This document shows positions 1 to 14,000 of a stretch of DNA of 64,000 nt, piece after piece (positions within the stretch are counted from its first letter, which is position 1; each line of letters starts with the position of its first letter). Below the pieces are notes generated by a model. The model did not search any database. It was not told where the DNA came from and saw only the letters and a program-made list of their open reading frames with translations. The stretch lies in NCBI RefSeq assembly GCF_964204645.1, contig NC_134026.1:25330150-25394149 (forward strand), written 5' to 3'. This DNA is from Tubulanus polymorphus. Taxonomy: Eukaryota > Animalia > Nemertea. The position numbers and the translations under genes are program-made.

Positions 1-360
1 AGGACCATGGATGAAACGTTTTATAATTTACTTTTGTTGTCTTCACGACTATTTGTTTGAAAATTAAATGATTTATGTGGAACTAATGACGTTGTTAATG
101 AACGATTCATCTGTATCAGTGCTGCTGCTGCTGCTACTGGTTTTATTGGCGACAGTGAGGGATTCAATAATTCAACTGAAATATCTTAGTCACAGATATT
201 TTGCGGTTTGTCACTAAAAGACAAACTTGACCCCAGTCGGAACTGATGATTATGCCAGTGAGAGGAACATTTTAGAAATAGCCAATAAGAAAAAGCCATA
301 TGAAAAGAAAAATATGTGAGCTTCTAGCCACAAAACAAAACAGCATAAAATGCTGATGAA

Positions 361-550
361 GAGTGGGGTTCGAGAGCAATTCGAAGGTTTAGTGTCCTGC
401 ACGCTTAGAGGGCGGGCAGGGGTCTATTCCTACCTCGACTCAAAAAAAGAGAAAAGAAAAAAAAGTGTAAAGAGTGGGCTCCTAGAGCAATTCAAAGGTT
501 TAGTGTCCTGCACGCTCAGAAGGCGGACAGGGGTATATCCCTACCTCGAC
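361..550. repeat. Two diverged direct copies of an ~80-bp GC-rich unit (361-439, 472-550) with an A-rich spacer
   Basis: gagtggggttcgagagcaattcgaaggtttagtgtcctgcacgcttagagggcgggcaggggtctattcctacctcgac versus gagtgggctcctagagcaattcaaaggtttagtgtcctgcacgctcagaaggcggacaggggtatatccctacctcgac. Confidence 0.85.
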
Positions 551-1487
551 GCAAGCACTTAAAGTCAGACAAAAGACAGTAAAAACGAAAAATGGCAAAT
601 GATGAAATATGGTCAGAGTTCTATTTGTTCCACTGGGTTCAAGTGTAAACTTGACAATCAAATTAAAATCAGACAGATTTTATGGTGTATATATTGTTAA
701 CATCAGCACATGAATAATAAATCTGAATGAATAGAATTCCATAAAACAACTTGCTCATATAAAGCCTTTAGTAGAGAGTATAGAGATGTCTAATCTGACT
801 ATCAACTGTCATTAGTCCACAATGGTTTCATAATGAGAGTGGTGACATGAATAGCAATACGTATTTTGATCTAGCTGAATCGGGCATCATTCTTGTCCTT
901 GATTTGTGTTTGCCCTTCTCACATTTTGTGAGTGTGGAGGTTTGGTTTGGATTTACTCCCTTGGTTCGGGTGAACCCTCCATATCTCCCTCCCTTACAAC
1001 ATTGTTAGTTGAGTTTCTTAGGTTTGGTTTGATAATTTGGAGATAAAACTTCTCTACAACTCAAATTGATAAACGAAATCTGTGAAATCTGTTTACAGAG
1101 AACTGCTGCAACATACCATGAAACTTGAATTGGTTTGAACAATCCCCAACATGATATATTGTCATATTGGAGGGCAAAGAAATAATAGGAATAATTTGAA
1201 TGAATTCCTCGAAATTGACAAATAAATCATCTGTAAAAATGAGGCCACGTGATTTTCAAGACTGTGATTAGTTTGCGAACTAGGCATATGATTATTTGAG
1301 ATGATCTGAATGCCTCCAAAATTGTAAAGAAAGTATCCATGAGTCTTGTCAATGATGCAATTGTTTAAGTATATTTATTCGATTTGTTTATATGAAATTA
1401 ATATGATCGTGAAAAATGGCAAATCATTTAGTAGTTATTGTAGAGATGAGTGGTTTCAGATAAGACAAGAGAGTTATGTAGGCTTTA

Positions 1488-1820
1488 TGGGAGGATATTG
1501 AGGGAGGGCTAGGTGGGAGGGCATCGAGGGATGGGGGATGGGAAGGTGGGGGCGGGCAGGAGGGATGGGGTGAGGATGGGCGGGAGGGAAGGGGTGTGAG
1601 GGCGGGAGGGAAGGGGTGTGGGAGGGCGGGAGGGAAGGGGTGAGGGTGGGCGGGAGGGAAGGGGTGTGGGAGGGAGGGAGGGAGGGAAGGGGTGTGGGAG
1701 GGAGGGAGGGAGGGAAGGGGTGTGGGAGGGAGGGAGGGAAGGGGTGAGGGCGGGCGGGAGGGAAGGGGTGAGGGAGGGAGGGAGGGAAGGGGTGAGGGAG
1801 GGTCGGGACGGGAGGTTAGG
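1488..1820 (+). repeat. G-rich low-complexity/minisatellite tract (GGGA/GGGAAGGGGTGT units)
   Basis: Continuous G-runs with recurring gggagggaaggggtgt units; explains the GREG-repeat ORF at 1618. Confidence 0.9.
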
Positions 1821-2088
1821 TGAGTTGAAATGTTACAATGTTTTAGTTAGACTTATGGGAATAGTGAAGATGAGAGAACAAATCACTGTTCAATATCAGG
1901 CGGAAGTAATACAGTGATCTGTACTCTGTATCTGTATGTTACACGTATCTGTAACCGTTCAATCAGTCTGTAATCTACAGCTGTATACATGTAATTTAGA
2001 GAAATCCTGCATTGTCTGATTGATTGAGATTTTTGATATGTTACTTGCTGCTGTGTTGTCACTGATTATTTTTTCTCTTTCTTTTCAG

Positions 2089-5000
2089 AATGAAATGCAG
2101 CAATAGAAATAAAAACTGCAGTTTTACTCTCATTTCATGATGAGATACCGGTTACACGCGGCACCAGCAGCAGGTAAAAGCTGTCTGGAAATCTATCAGA
2201 ATTCATTATTGTCATAGAAATATTCTATATAGATTTTTCTTATCTGTGTATTTTTTCAGCAGTCCATCACTCAAAGATCACGGCAGTTTGAAGTGTGTTT
2301 TCTATCATTTACGTCCTGATCGAAGTTGCGATTATCGAGGTCCTTTATTTTTCATACACATTTTCAGCAAGCAGAGCTATGGAGGTCTTGGCAGCCAACA
2401 GTCAACCTCGAATACCATTGGCTTAAAAACGTTGAGGAAAATGGTGTCTTTTTGATTTGGTTTGAAACTGCTCTTATTTCATAACAACGTATATATGCTT
2501 CTATTCAACATTTGTATTTCAGGGACCACAATGAAGCTGAACCTTAACAAATCTGCAAAGTAAAAACACTAAATGTAGCATTCTGCAAATCAAACACAGA
2601 GATGGTGAGTTTTATATTCATTTATTGCAGTAACCTGTGGTGATTTATCAGTTATAAACTTAATTTATTATTTTTTGTCCAGTTTCAATTGATTTTTCTT
2701 CTAATCAAGTTTTTTACGTGTGATTCTCTTGAAAGCTTTGTAAGAAGTGCGGCCGCTGCACCCCCAGTCAAATCTACTGCGGAAATATACTACTACTATT
2801 ACAATGATTTAAACAGGTAAGAAGAAAAGTATTTCTCAGCATACAGTCAACCCCCGATATGCCGCCCACATCGGTGCAGAACAATTTTGGCGGTATGGCA
2901 GTATATGGGGGGTGTTCTACTGTGTATTTGTATTGAGATGTACATCGAGAAAACCTGGCGGTAGGCGGGGGTGCTGGAATATGGGAGGGCAGTATATTGG
3001 GGGTTGACTGTTGCAGACACATGCATGATAACTAATAAATTTTCTCTTTACAGAATAAGATCTGACCCGCACCAGCCAGAATTTGCAGTTTAAAAGAGCT
3101 GTTTTTTAGGGAGCAAAATGAAGCTGAACCTTCGTAATGCAAACAGTAAACATTTCGCTCTACAAATCAAATACAAGTCAGAAGTGGTGAGTTTTCTATT
3201 GGTTTATTGCAGTAATTTGTGGTGATTTATCAGTTATAAACTTCATTTATTATTTTTCATCCAGTTTCAATAGATTTATCTTCTCAAATCAAGTCCGGAA
3301 AATGGTGGGTTTTTGATTGGTCAATGTCAGCAGAACCCTCAGAAATCTGCATACACTCAACACATTATGATAAACAACTCAAAAACCTGGTGGGTTTTCA
3401 GTCAATCGAACACAAACAAGTTGCAGTCTCTATGTATTTCATTAGCCATTTTCTGGCATAATCTTTCTCTTTCCAATATGCGATGCACCCATCTCAAATT
3501 GTGTTGGAAAAAAGATATTCACATTCAAATAATGAATAAGCGTATTGTTGCTGAAGCTGCTATTATTCTTTAAGAGAAACTGAGTAATTTTCTTAATTTT
3601 TTCAGGAAATTATCAGTGCTCTTAACTTTATGTCAAAATGGCTCTTGGAAGTGAAATCCTGCTAGAAATGAAAATGGTCAGCAAGGTCAAAAGGCACTAA
3701 CTAATCCAACTAATCTAATTCAGGAAAATGGTGAGTTTTTCGTCACTCCACTGTGCTCTGATTTGATGATAACTCAACAATTGATCATTCTATACAGTTT
3801 TTTTTATGTGTGATTTTATAGAAAGGCTTGTTAGAAGTGCGGCTGCTGCATCCCCGATCAAATCTACTGGAAGATATACACTATTACTACAATAATCAAA
3901 ACAAGTAAGAAAAATTGTAATTTTGAGATGATGTTTCCTCATTTCACTGATCAATTTTCTCTTACAGAATAAAGTCCACCAGCACCAGAATTTACAGCTC
4001 ATAACACCTGGTTCAAAGTTCACCTCGAACATAATGCTAGATTCTCCTCACATGCAGCCTAATAATTCTGCAAACAGATGAGATGAAAGCAGTGAGTTTC
4101 AAGTTGAAATGGCTATTATATCATAACTTTCAATGAGTATTATCACCATTTGTGAATTTTTATTTTAGGAGCCAAAATAAGCGGAACCCTCAACAGAATC
4201 TACGACCAGTAAACATTGAGAATTTACTTAACATTATGGTGGACATCGCTCCTCAAAACAAGTACTGGTAAATATCTTTGCAGATTCCAGGTTGCTCCTG
4301 TTCGACTAGATATATGAAGTCATTTCCTGATAAAAAGCTTTTCTTTTGTGACCACAGTTCCACCAAGTGGAACTACATTAAAAAAGAATGAAGAAGCTCA
4401 TTGCTATTATTAGTAATTTTCTCTACACAATTCAACAGTTCAATTATTTATATATTGATTTTTTCAGGAAATTATCAGCGCTCTTAAACTTCATGACATT
4501 ATGGTTCTTGGACATGAAATTCTGCTTGAAAATGAAAATGGTCTGCGTGGTCAAAATGGTACTGGACTAATCCGATACAAGTTTGGAAATGGTGAGTTTT
4601 TCATCACTCCACTATGCTTCAATTTGATACATGTAATTACTTTTGTCCTAGTTATGTGTTACCGCTACTGTTTACAGTATTTTTATATGTGATTCTTTAG
4701 AATATTTAGTAAGAAGTGCGGCTGCTGCACTGGAAATACTGTGGACAATATGCTACGATGATAAAAAAGTCAGAAAAAATGTAATTTTCAGGATAGCAGG
4801 TAAGATGTCTTTGTATTTCGCGAAACAATTTTTAATCAATGAAGTTTCCTCTATTTTAGGACGAAGTGGGGACCAATGTGCCATTTGACAGGGACAGGGC
4901 ACCAGCCATCTACCATATCTACCTGAAGATTGATATGCTGCCATTTATTTCAGAGATCTGCTATTTTAAATTTTTAAGCCAAATGAATATTATTATACAT

Positions 5001-5724
5001 TGTAATGTGCCGGTCGGTATAGGCAGCTTACTGTTGTTCTGTTTGTGATGGTTTCATAGACCCATAAAAACAATGGAGTGGTCCCCTGATTTGTCTCACA
5101 AAGCTGTAACATCCTTGTTGCCTTAATGCCTGAACACTGACTCAGGCGTGTAGCTCTAGAATAAATGATTTAAACCGCTATATGCAAATTCAAAAGATTA
5201 AACACATATTTAACACATATCAAAATAAACAAAGTAAATGAAGAAATATCTAGAACAACCTATGCACAAAATAACAAAACCTCAACCTAAGCACTAAACG
5301 CCTTCACTATACTTTCTCAATTAACATAAGTTCTTTCCTATCCCCACGTTTTAGTTATTTCTTCACATTTGACAATGGTCTCTGGAATGACTCGTATCAA
5401 TTCTTTTGAAAGAAACATGTCTTAATTCTTTTAAATTTGTATATATTGGGTTTTTATTCTTATTTTAAAACGATGGGCTTCCTGAGATGGGTCAAGGGCT
5501 TGAGGTATTTTACACACTCCATTAGTTGGTAATTATTTGTACCCAAGGACCAAGTTTCTGGTCTGGGTATGTATGTATAAACTTGTATAATATTGTAAAT
5601 CAATGACTTATTTTGTATGACGTGTTAAGTCCCACAATCCATGAAACCAAAAATTGCGACAGGTTTTCTTTTATCATGGGACTTTATTTTGTATGAACTG
5701 TTTGTATGGTTTATTTGAAATAAA
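2089..5724 (+). pseudogene. Multi-exon spliced locus with internally duplicated exon/intron blocks; lncRNA or decayed gene of unknown family
   Basis: Polypyrimidine-AG...GT(A/G)AG-bounded segments at 2089-2173, 2523-2604, 3054-3186, 3606-3730 and 4468-4591, last acceptor at 4860, AATAAA at 5719-5724 followed by a GT-rich tract. Block 2523-2710 resembles 3110-3293; 3606-3730 resembles 4468-4591; gaagtgcggc(c/t)gctgca occurs near 2744, 3835 and 4714. No continuous ORF across the exons. Confidence 0.45.
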
Positions 5725-5762
5725 TATTTATTTTCTGTGTTGTTCTAGTTGCGATTAAAGAC

Positions 5763-5998
5763 GACAGCAGTTTCATAGACTCTGCGTCGTCACACATGAT
5801 AAACCTACACCCACTGGCTCAGTTTCTGATAAACTTAATTATCTCTATGAAACTGAGACGAGGGTACAGTTTCACAAACCAACAATTGCGCTTGAACATA
5901 CATATGTAGTTCTTAAATCGGAGTTGATCCTTATGGGAAACTGGACCCTGCAGGGTATTAAATACTCCACTCGACTCGATGTATGAAACTGCAGCGTC
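5763..5998. mobile_element. Small inverted-repeat (MITE-like) element with nested cagtttca...tgaaactg palindromes
   Basis: gcagtttcata near 5768 and tatgaaactgc near 5982 are inverted; related internal pairs (ctcagtttc/gaaactgag; cagtttcac/gaaactgg). Confidence 0.5.
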
Positions 5999-6007
5999 TG
6001 AACTATG

Positions 6008-6572
6008 ATTGAAACCCTCGCATCATAAACCAAATCCTACTTGGGGGCCGGTTTTATAGACTGTGTACTAAGATAACGGAAATTTAACCCCATAGATTAC
6101 TAAACCTTAGGGTCAAATTTCAGTTTTATAGTTCAAGCTCATCGCTGATATTAGCTAGCCTCAGGGTTGGTATCCTTGTGCCTAGCATTGACTAAGTCAA
6201 TGTGGCAAAATAGGGTTCCAGTTTCACAAGAATACAATTACATGTTCATGTACTTCCTTAATCCATTTTAAGATAAACCGGGTTTCGTGGAGACCTTTTT
6301 GTGAGTTGACCCTGGATGAAATTCAATTGATCTTAAATAAATTTGGGAATTGATTATTTTTTGTGATATACTGCAACCTCTACAGCACACGAAAATGAGC
6401 TTGTCCAAATTGTCCATTGTATCTGGACCCTTGCCTGGCTACTACAATTAAGTTTGAAACGAAGTGTTTAAAACTTTTTGTGATGCTGGGCTTACACCTG
6501 GGTTTTAATGATTCTTACTCTGGCATGTGAATATTTGCATTGATTCTTGCCCTGGTATGCGAGGGTTTCAAT
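6008..6572. mobile_element. MITE-like element with perfect 16-bp terminal inverted repeats
   Basis: attgaaaccctcgcat (6008-6023) and atgcgagggtttcaat (6557-6572); no coding capacity. Confidence 0.6.
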
Positions 6573-7480
6573 AATAAGTCAATACATGTGCGGTCGATTA
6601 ATTATTGGGTAGCGTTCAAATATGTTTGACTATTACCTAGGAGCCAAATTTTTGAGTTGGGTCATCAAGACACGGCAGGCCTGCAAAATATGAGGCGAAT
6701 TGGATGAATACTTTTCAACTACGAACCCCTAATATATACCACCGTCCCAATTGGCCGAGCGCTGCCTCGCCGCACGAACGTAAATGACAATTTTATTTTT
6801 TCCTTCAATTCTTATTTCTGTGTAGAAGATTATTGTTGACAGTTTCTTTTTAGTTTTGATACCGGTAAATGTAACCGTGTTTGATCCCCTATGTACGGCA
6901 AAATGTTGTTGGAGCCGGGGAAATGGAATTTTCTGTCAAGGTGCTGTGCAATGCATCGTTCAACAGTCACAATGGCCATCCCCGAATTATTTGGAGTTTC
7001 AAAATAGATCTTAGCTGTCGAAAGTGATGCGGCGTCGGTGGTTGAATTCTGCTGATTGTTCCGACCCGACCGTCGTGTGTTTTGAGCGGCGCTCTATTAT
7101 AATAACGCAGCGTTTGACATGTACTGATCCCAGGGTATCCGGCGGTAATTCGAAATCTGTAGTCATTAAACCATGGACGCTTTGCTTGAGATGAATAGGT
7201 TGATCTAATCGAAAAGGTTTGTAAAATATCATCTAGATTTTGAAGGGCAGAATTACCCACCAATGTCAAGATGACACATCCACATGTCACTATTTGTGCA
7301 CCTGGCAAAAAAAGACAGACACTTAAGCAGGATGATATGGACAACAGGAAACTCAAGCAATTCGCAGTCTATCAATGGCAAAAAACTTATCAGATTTATA
7401 AAAATGCATTAGTGGATCCCGCTACCTCCAGATTCAGAGGATAACCTTTGAAATTCCTACAACGCGGGCAAAAAGCAATT

Positions 7481-7562
7481 CGACGAGGATGGGATTCGAA
7501 CCCACGCGGGCAGAGCCCAATGGATTAGCAGTCCATCGCCTTAACCACTCGGCCACCTCGTC
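7481..7562 (-). tRNA. tRNA-Ser(GCT): tRNA-Ser, anticodon GCT
   Basis: Reverse complement GACGAGGTGGCCGAGTGGTTAAGGCGATGGACTGCTAATCCATTGGGCTCTGCCCGCGTGGGTTCGAATCCCATCCTCGTCG: 82-nt cloverleaf with long variable arm, intact A and B boxes, T5 Pol III terminator 6 nt downstream (aaaaa at 7470-7474 on +). Confidence 0.98.
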
Positions 7563-8066
7563 AGCTGCCTTAATCGTGGGTTAAACTACCATATAAAATC
7601 AACAATAGATGCTTAGCTATTATTTTTGTCAATTGATTATTAAACAATCTGAATATGTATGAATTGATATAAGCATAGTGTTATAAATCGTGTATTCTTC
7701 GCTAGAATGAAGATAATTATTTTGTTTCTTTCAAACGAAATCGAACGTTCGAGGCTACGATTGAGACGTGACCCCTCCATGAGAACACATGTTCGATGTT
7801 ATTCTCCAAAAAATAAATAGTGTCTCATGAACGAACTAGGTATTTCAGACAAATCATCGTTGATAACGTTGAAGTCAATCCCCCCATATTAACGGGTTAG
7901 TCGTATATCCTTATCATCTTTTCACAAACTCGTAGTGTAAGCTTTTAATTGAAATAAAACGAATTGATTTGATTTTTTATTTTTGGAGGATGATTTCAGG
8001 ATTACACAGATATTCCTAATCTTTCAGTTCCATGCCCTGTGGTCGGTGAAGTGAAACATTGCAGCC

Positions 8067-11000
8067 ATGGACAGAAATATATCTCATGTTATAACTGGAG
8101 TGTCATTTAACACGTATTGTGCAGAAGATATCAAAAGACTAAGTGTCAAAGAAATAACGAACCCTAATACATTCGATTCTCTTGGACAGTCGAATTACAA
8201 TGGACTTCATGATTCCGCTTTAGGTAGAATAATCTTTGTATATTTTTATCATTTTTAATCCATTTATGATATTTTCATTAAGTTTTCATTGTTACATAGT
8301 GGACCTGTTATATTAAGAAAATCATTTTTACTTTAAGGGCCATTGGAATTTGATGATGTTTGCTCAACATGCGGCCTCAATTCTATGTACTGTCCAGGGC
8401 ATATGGGTCATATTACATTGCCATTACCCATATACAACCCTATATTTTTCCAAAAGGTTTATCAGGTATAATATTGATTGATTAACTTTTCGACATAAAC
8501 AACAAAAACAGTTTGAATTGAATGATTAATTAAGCTTGAATAATCAGATATCCTTTTGTTTATTGTAGATTATGAAAGGAACATGTTTCTATTGTCATCG
8601 GCTGTTGGTTCGTAATGCTCAAACATATATGTACAAGGCCAAATTAAAAATCCTAGAATTTGGCTGCATCAGTCGCCTACAAGATGTTGATGATGAGTTT
8701 AACACATTGGTCAATGAATTAGGTTCTACAAAATCGAAGGATGATGTATTTTCCGATAAGATGGATAGTTGCGTATCGAAGATCATAAAAGGTAGAAAAT
8801 GAAGAATCTGATTAATAGCTACCCTAGTTTTAGGAAATTAAGGTTTGGAAGTGATTTTTTTTTTGATTTTTGGAATTTCAGAGGAATCTGAAAAATGTAA
8901 AAGTCATGCGGTCAATGTGAGAAACGTTTTGTCCAAGAAGCAGGAAATAACATCCGCATTTATCGATTATCATCTGACACGTTGCTCTGGAAAATGTCAT
9001 TTCTGTCAACTGCCTGTACGTGGTCTTCGTTCTGAGAACAACTGCAAGATCTATTTCTCGAAGAAACTTTCACGAGCCCATGCTCTTAAGATAATGGAGA
9101 AAAAGAAAAAGTGAGTTTGCGTAATATATTCCGAAGTAAGCTTCGATTTCAAAAGCATGTTGGTTAATGGTATCATAAGCAGTGCGACAAATTCTTTCTT
9201 TTAACAGGCAGCAGAAGTCGAATGATCTCGATGAAGAATTGATAATGATCCATGAAGAGAAAGATGAGCAACAGGATAGTTTACCTTCTGAGGCGGAGTT
9301 CGAAGCTATATCGGATCATACTTATATAACACCGACGGAGGCACGCGATCATTTACGTGAAGTTTGGAAAAACGACGGCGAAATGCTGAAACTTCTATAT
9401 GGTTCGCTGAATAATAAATCTGAAAACACAGATTGCCCTATAGATATATTCTTCGTGGAAGTATTGCCTGTTCCACCGAATCGTTTCAGACCAGTAAGTA
9501 CAAGTTTTGTCGAAATCAGCTTTGATTACTGCAGCAAATTAATCATCTCTAATATTGCGCATACTTTTATGTGTTTATTTAGGTCACGATAATGGGTGAT
9601 AAGAAATTTGAAAGTGGACAAACAGCAAACTATGCAAAGGTGATAGAATCTGCTGTGGTAGCAAAAACTATTTTGATGGAACTGAAAAGACAGAGTGCTG
9701 CTGGAAAAGAAGTTGAACAAGTTATTGATGAGGCTACGAATAGAGTAAGTATTGTTCATGATTTGATGAATATGTTTACTGGGGCCTATTCGATTATGTG
9801 ATGTGATGAACTTAACTCTTCACTTCTGATTGATTAATGGTCACATGAACGTTTTGGAGAATGGAAAGGTGGTGTGATTGCAGAGACCACATAAAGAACA
9901 GAATATGCATTGGATTGCATAGAATCGAGTAGGCCTTGTCATTTATCATTCTCGAATATTGCAGGTACTGATTGGTGTAGCTGGTAATAGTATTACAGAA
10001 AAGTTACAGACCGCATGGGTCAATCTTCAGAATTATGTGAATTTGGTGATGGATAGTGATTTGGATCGCCTAACAGCCGGCAAAGACAAATTACCCGGTA
10101 TTAAACAGGTTAGTATCATCTCTATTTCATACCTCTATACCTATGTACCCACCGAACAAATATGTATGGGTTAACATAATCTGAAACCCAGGGCCCCTTC
10201 GACTCCTTGATTCCTTAAAAACTCCTTCTAAACAGAAAATGCTTTTGAAGGTGTTTTAAACTCCTTTAATTTGAGATAAAATTCCTGTAAAGCTCATTCA
10301 GTTTTGAGAAATAAGCAATAAGAAATGTTTCTAATTGTACAGAAAACTACGCCAGGATTTTATACCCAATTAAGCGGTTCCCGAGTTTGGCTAGTGTGAA
10401 TAAAAGATATTTGCTTACAAAACCACTAGATTACTGGTTTACAGAGATAATCAGTACCGATATAGGAGGAGTCTACAGTAATTGGGATATGAAAGTGTTG
10501 CGGACACTTCCTCAAAATCTAAAATTTTCTTCTCGAAAAATACTTATATCCAGGATTGACCAATCTGTAGGGACCCTGTAAGCCATTGAATCCCTTTTTT
10601 GATTCAGGTTCTCGAGAAAAAAGAGGGTCTCTTTCGTAAGAATATGATGGGTAAACGTGTGGATTATGCAGCACGTTCTGTTATCTCACCGGACCCAAAT
10701 ATTCACATCGATGAGATTGGTATTCCTGAGGTTTTTGCCAAAAAGTTGACGTATCCAACACTAGTTACTCCTTGGAATGTGCAAGATCTGCGTCAAGCCG
10801 TGATAAATGGACCCTCAGTTCATCCTGGGTAAGCAATCGCTATCAGAATTACCACATTCTATTCATCTACAGTTTTAACTCTATTTTTGAGTCAATCATT
10901 TTTAGGGCATCGTTTGTTGAAAATGAATATGGAAAGAAGATCCATCTGAACAATACAACTCAGATCCAAAGAGAAGCAATTGCCAATCAACTACTCAAAC

Positions 11001-14000
11001 CAGACTCGTCAAATAGGAAAATGGTTTTTGGACAGAAAAAGGTAGGATACATTGACTGCACAATTCATGATTCCTCTTAGTGACATTTGTTGTATATTTG
11101 TAGGTCTTTAGACACCTGCGTAATGGCGATATTCTTTTACTGAATCGTCAACCAACTCTCCACCGGCCGAGTATGCAAGCACATAAAGCACGCGTTCTGC
11201 CTGGAGAGAAGACTTTACGACTACACTACGCATGCTGTAAAGCTTACAACGCTGATTTTGATGGTGACGAAATGAACGCACATTTTCCTCAAAATGAAAT
11301 CGCTCGTGCCGAAGCCTATGAGATTGGTATGGATGATTGTTAGATAATAACAAATGAGATTCTATTTGTATTTTGCATTCGAAAAAATGATACTACGACT
11401 TCATATTGTTACTTCCAGCTGCTGTGCCTCATCAGTTTTTGGTACCGAAAGATGGAACACCTCTGGCCGGCTTAATTCAGGATCATGTTGTTTCTGGTTC
11501 TTTGTTGTCCTTGCGAGGTCGTCACTTCAATAGAGCTGACTATCAACAACTTGTATACAGCGGTTTGAGTCATAGATGTGAAACAATCAAATTATTACCG
11601 CCGTGTATACAAAAACCAGTGAGACTTTGGTCAGGGAAACAGGTAAACCTCTCCCGATTTACTGAGATAAGATGATGTATAGGGCTTAGTTTAAAAGAGT
11701 AGTTTTAATGTTTGCACAAGGCTTAACTTAATTGACATTGATTTGAGTAAACCTTGGGGCAAAAGTTAAAACTAGCCCAGATATTCATTCACTTGGGCTT
11801 TACTGCAAGCAATTTTGTTGTTTAGGTTATATCTACGTTGATTATTAATCTGATCCCAGCCAATAAACCACCCATTACACTTCATGGTACATCAAAAGTT
11901 TCTGGGAAGGTAAGAATAACCGGATTCATTTTATTTCAAGTTCGAATTTTAATGACTGAGTCAATGGACAACTGGCTGTTGCAAGTTGATTCTTCATAAT
12001 TCAAAATAGGCCTGCTGTTGCTAGATTCAATGATTTTCATTTCAGAATTGGCATGATGGTAAAGGTGCTTGCTGGCGTGCTGGAGGAACGCCATTAAAAG
12101 GTGATGATATGCTTGAAAGTCAGGTGATCATTCGTGATGGCGAACTGTTGTGTGGTTTACTGGACAAGGCTCACTATGGTCCCACCCCCTATGGACTAGT
12201 CCATTGTTGTTATGAGGTAAATTTTTGAGCGGAAGAATATCAGGCATCAGGATTTTTTTTAAATGGATGCTTCGGTAGTATAATTCAGTTTCACTTATAT
12301 TTTGTAGATTTACGGACCCGAAATGGCTGGATCTTTGCTTACTTGTTTTGCCAGATTATTTACAATATTCCTGCAACTGCATGGATTTACCCTAGGGGTT
12401 GAGGACATTCTAGTCAGGAAAAATGTATGTGAAATGGTGAATGTAAATAACTCCTCAATTATATTTGGCAGGGATGGCTATTTTGTTTTATATATTGTTT
12501 CTGCTTACCATAGGCCGATGAAGTGAGGACAGACAATATGGTCAGCGCAGCGCAGTGTGGGCCAAAAGTTGCAGCGAAGGCATTAGGTGTCGAATATGTC
12601 ATGGATTTAGATGCCATTCGAGATAAATACAATGCTGCTCATTTCGCTAATGATGACTTAGAGATGAAGGAACTGGATCTATGTATGAAGACATCAACCG
12701 ATGAATACCAAAACCAAATTACAAAGTGAGTTGTAAATCTGTTAAACGTTAGATAGCTCTCGGCATATAACACCGGTAAATTGTATTACGTTTCTTTTCA
12801 GAGCTTGTATGCCTGCTGGTCTTATCAAACAGTTTCCTTATAATAACTTACAATTGATGGTGCAATCCGGTGCAAAAGGATCATCTGTAGGTTTATGTAC
12901 TATCTATCTATGAAGGCTTTCCTTCACTTTCAATGATGATTGTAAGCAAACGGTTGATGAATCTGTGCTGAATATGAGACTTTTTCCTGTAGGTGAATTG
13001 CATGCAGATATCTTGTCTGTTGGGACAGATTGAATTGGAGGGTCGCCGTCCTCCTATAATGATCAGTGGGCGTTCGCTGCCTGCATTCTTACCGTACGAT
13101 ACATCTCCACGAGCTGGTGGCTTCATTGATGGTCGATTCTTGACCGGTATTCGTCCACAAGAGTATTTCTTCCATTGTATGGCAGGACGAGAGGTGTGTA
13201 TGCTTATTAAACTCTTCGTTGAATTTGTAAATATATGTCTTTACCGTACATGAATGTGGTCCATATTATGTTTTCTACTATTTCAGGGTCTTGTTGATAC
13301 AGCCGTGAAGACAAGTCGTAGTGGTTACTTGCAGAGGTGTATTGTAAAGCATTTAGAAGGTCTGAAAGTGAACTATGATCTTACTGTACGAGAAAGTGAT
13401 GGTAGTGTTGTTCAGGTATAGATAGACTACATGCCAAAAAACAGTGTTATTCGTCTTTAAAACTAGAAAAACATTGTACTAATCAAATATTTATCTCATA
13501 GTTTGCTTATGGTGAAGATAGTTTGGATATTCCTGCAGTGAAGTTCTCCTCCAGAAAGCAATTTCCCTTCCTGATGGAAAATTATGGTAGCATTGTCGAT
13601 CCAGTGATTCAAGAAAAGATCAGCAATCGGATGAATTGCACGTCTGCGCAAAAATATGAGAGCAAAGTAAGTACTCATAGGCTGAAGGTCCCATGTTGGA
13701 TGGAACTATACGTGTTGTTATCAGTAATGAAACTATTTTAGCTGAAGAAGTGGAAACGGAAAAATACAGGACAAAAGAATCGATTAACCAGTAGTCCATT
13801 CCTACTTTATGAAAGTACATGTAATATGGATAAAGCAGCCGTGGACAAACAAAAAGATTTGCTGGTTAAAAGCTGGCGAAATTGTTCAGGGAAAGAAAAA
13901 GAAAAGTAGGCACCCATTATAATTTCTTCATTCATATCTCATGCATTTTGGTCGAACTCATTTTTAAGGTAAAAACGCTAAATCTTAACATGTTTTCTGA

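Noticed and set aside
354-400. Hammerhead ribozyme core (CTGATGA at 354)
   Set aside because: No correctly placed GAAA or stem II/III could be built.
1618-1917. 99-aa GREG-repeat ORF
   Set aside because: Translation of a G-rich simple repeat with a non-ATG start; no coding evidence.
6967-7356. 129-aa minus-strand ORF upstream of the tRNA
   Set aside because: Non-ATG start, no recognisable motif and no supporting splice structure.
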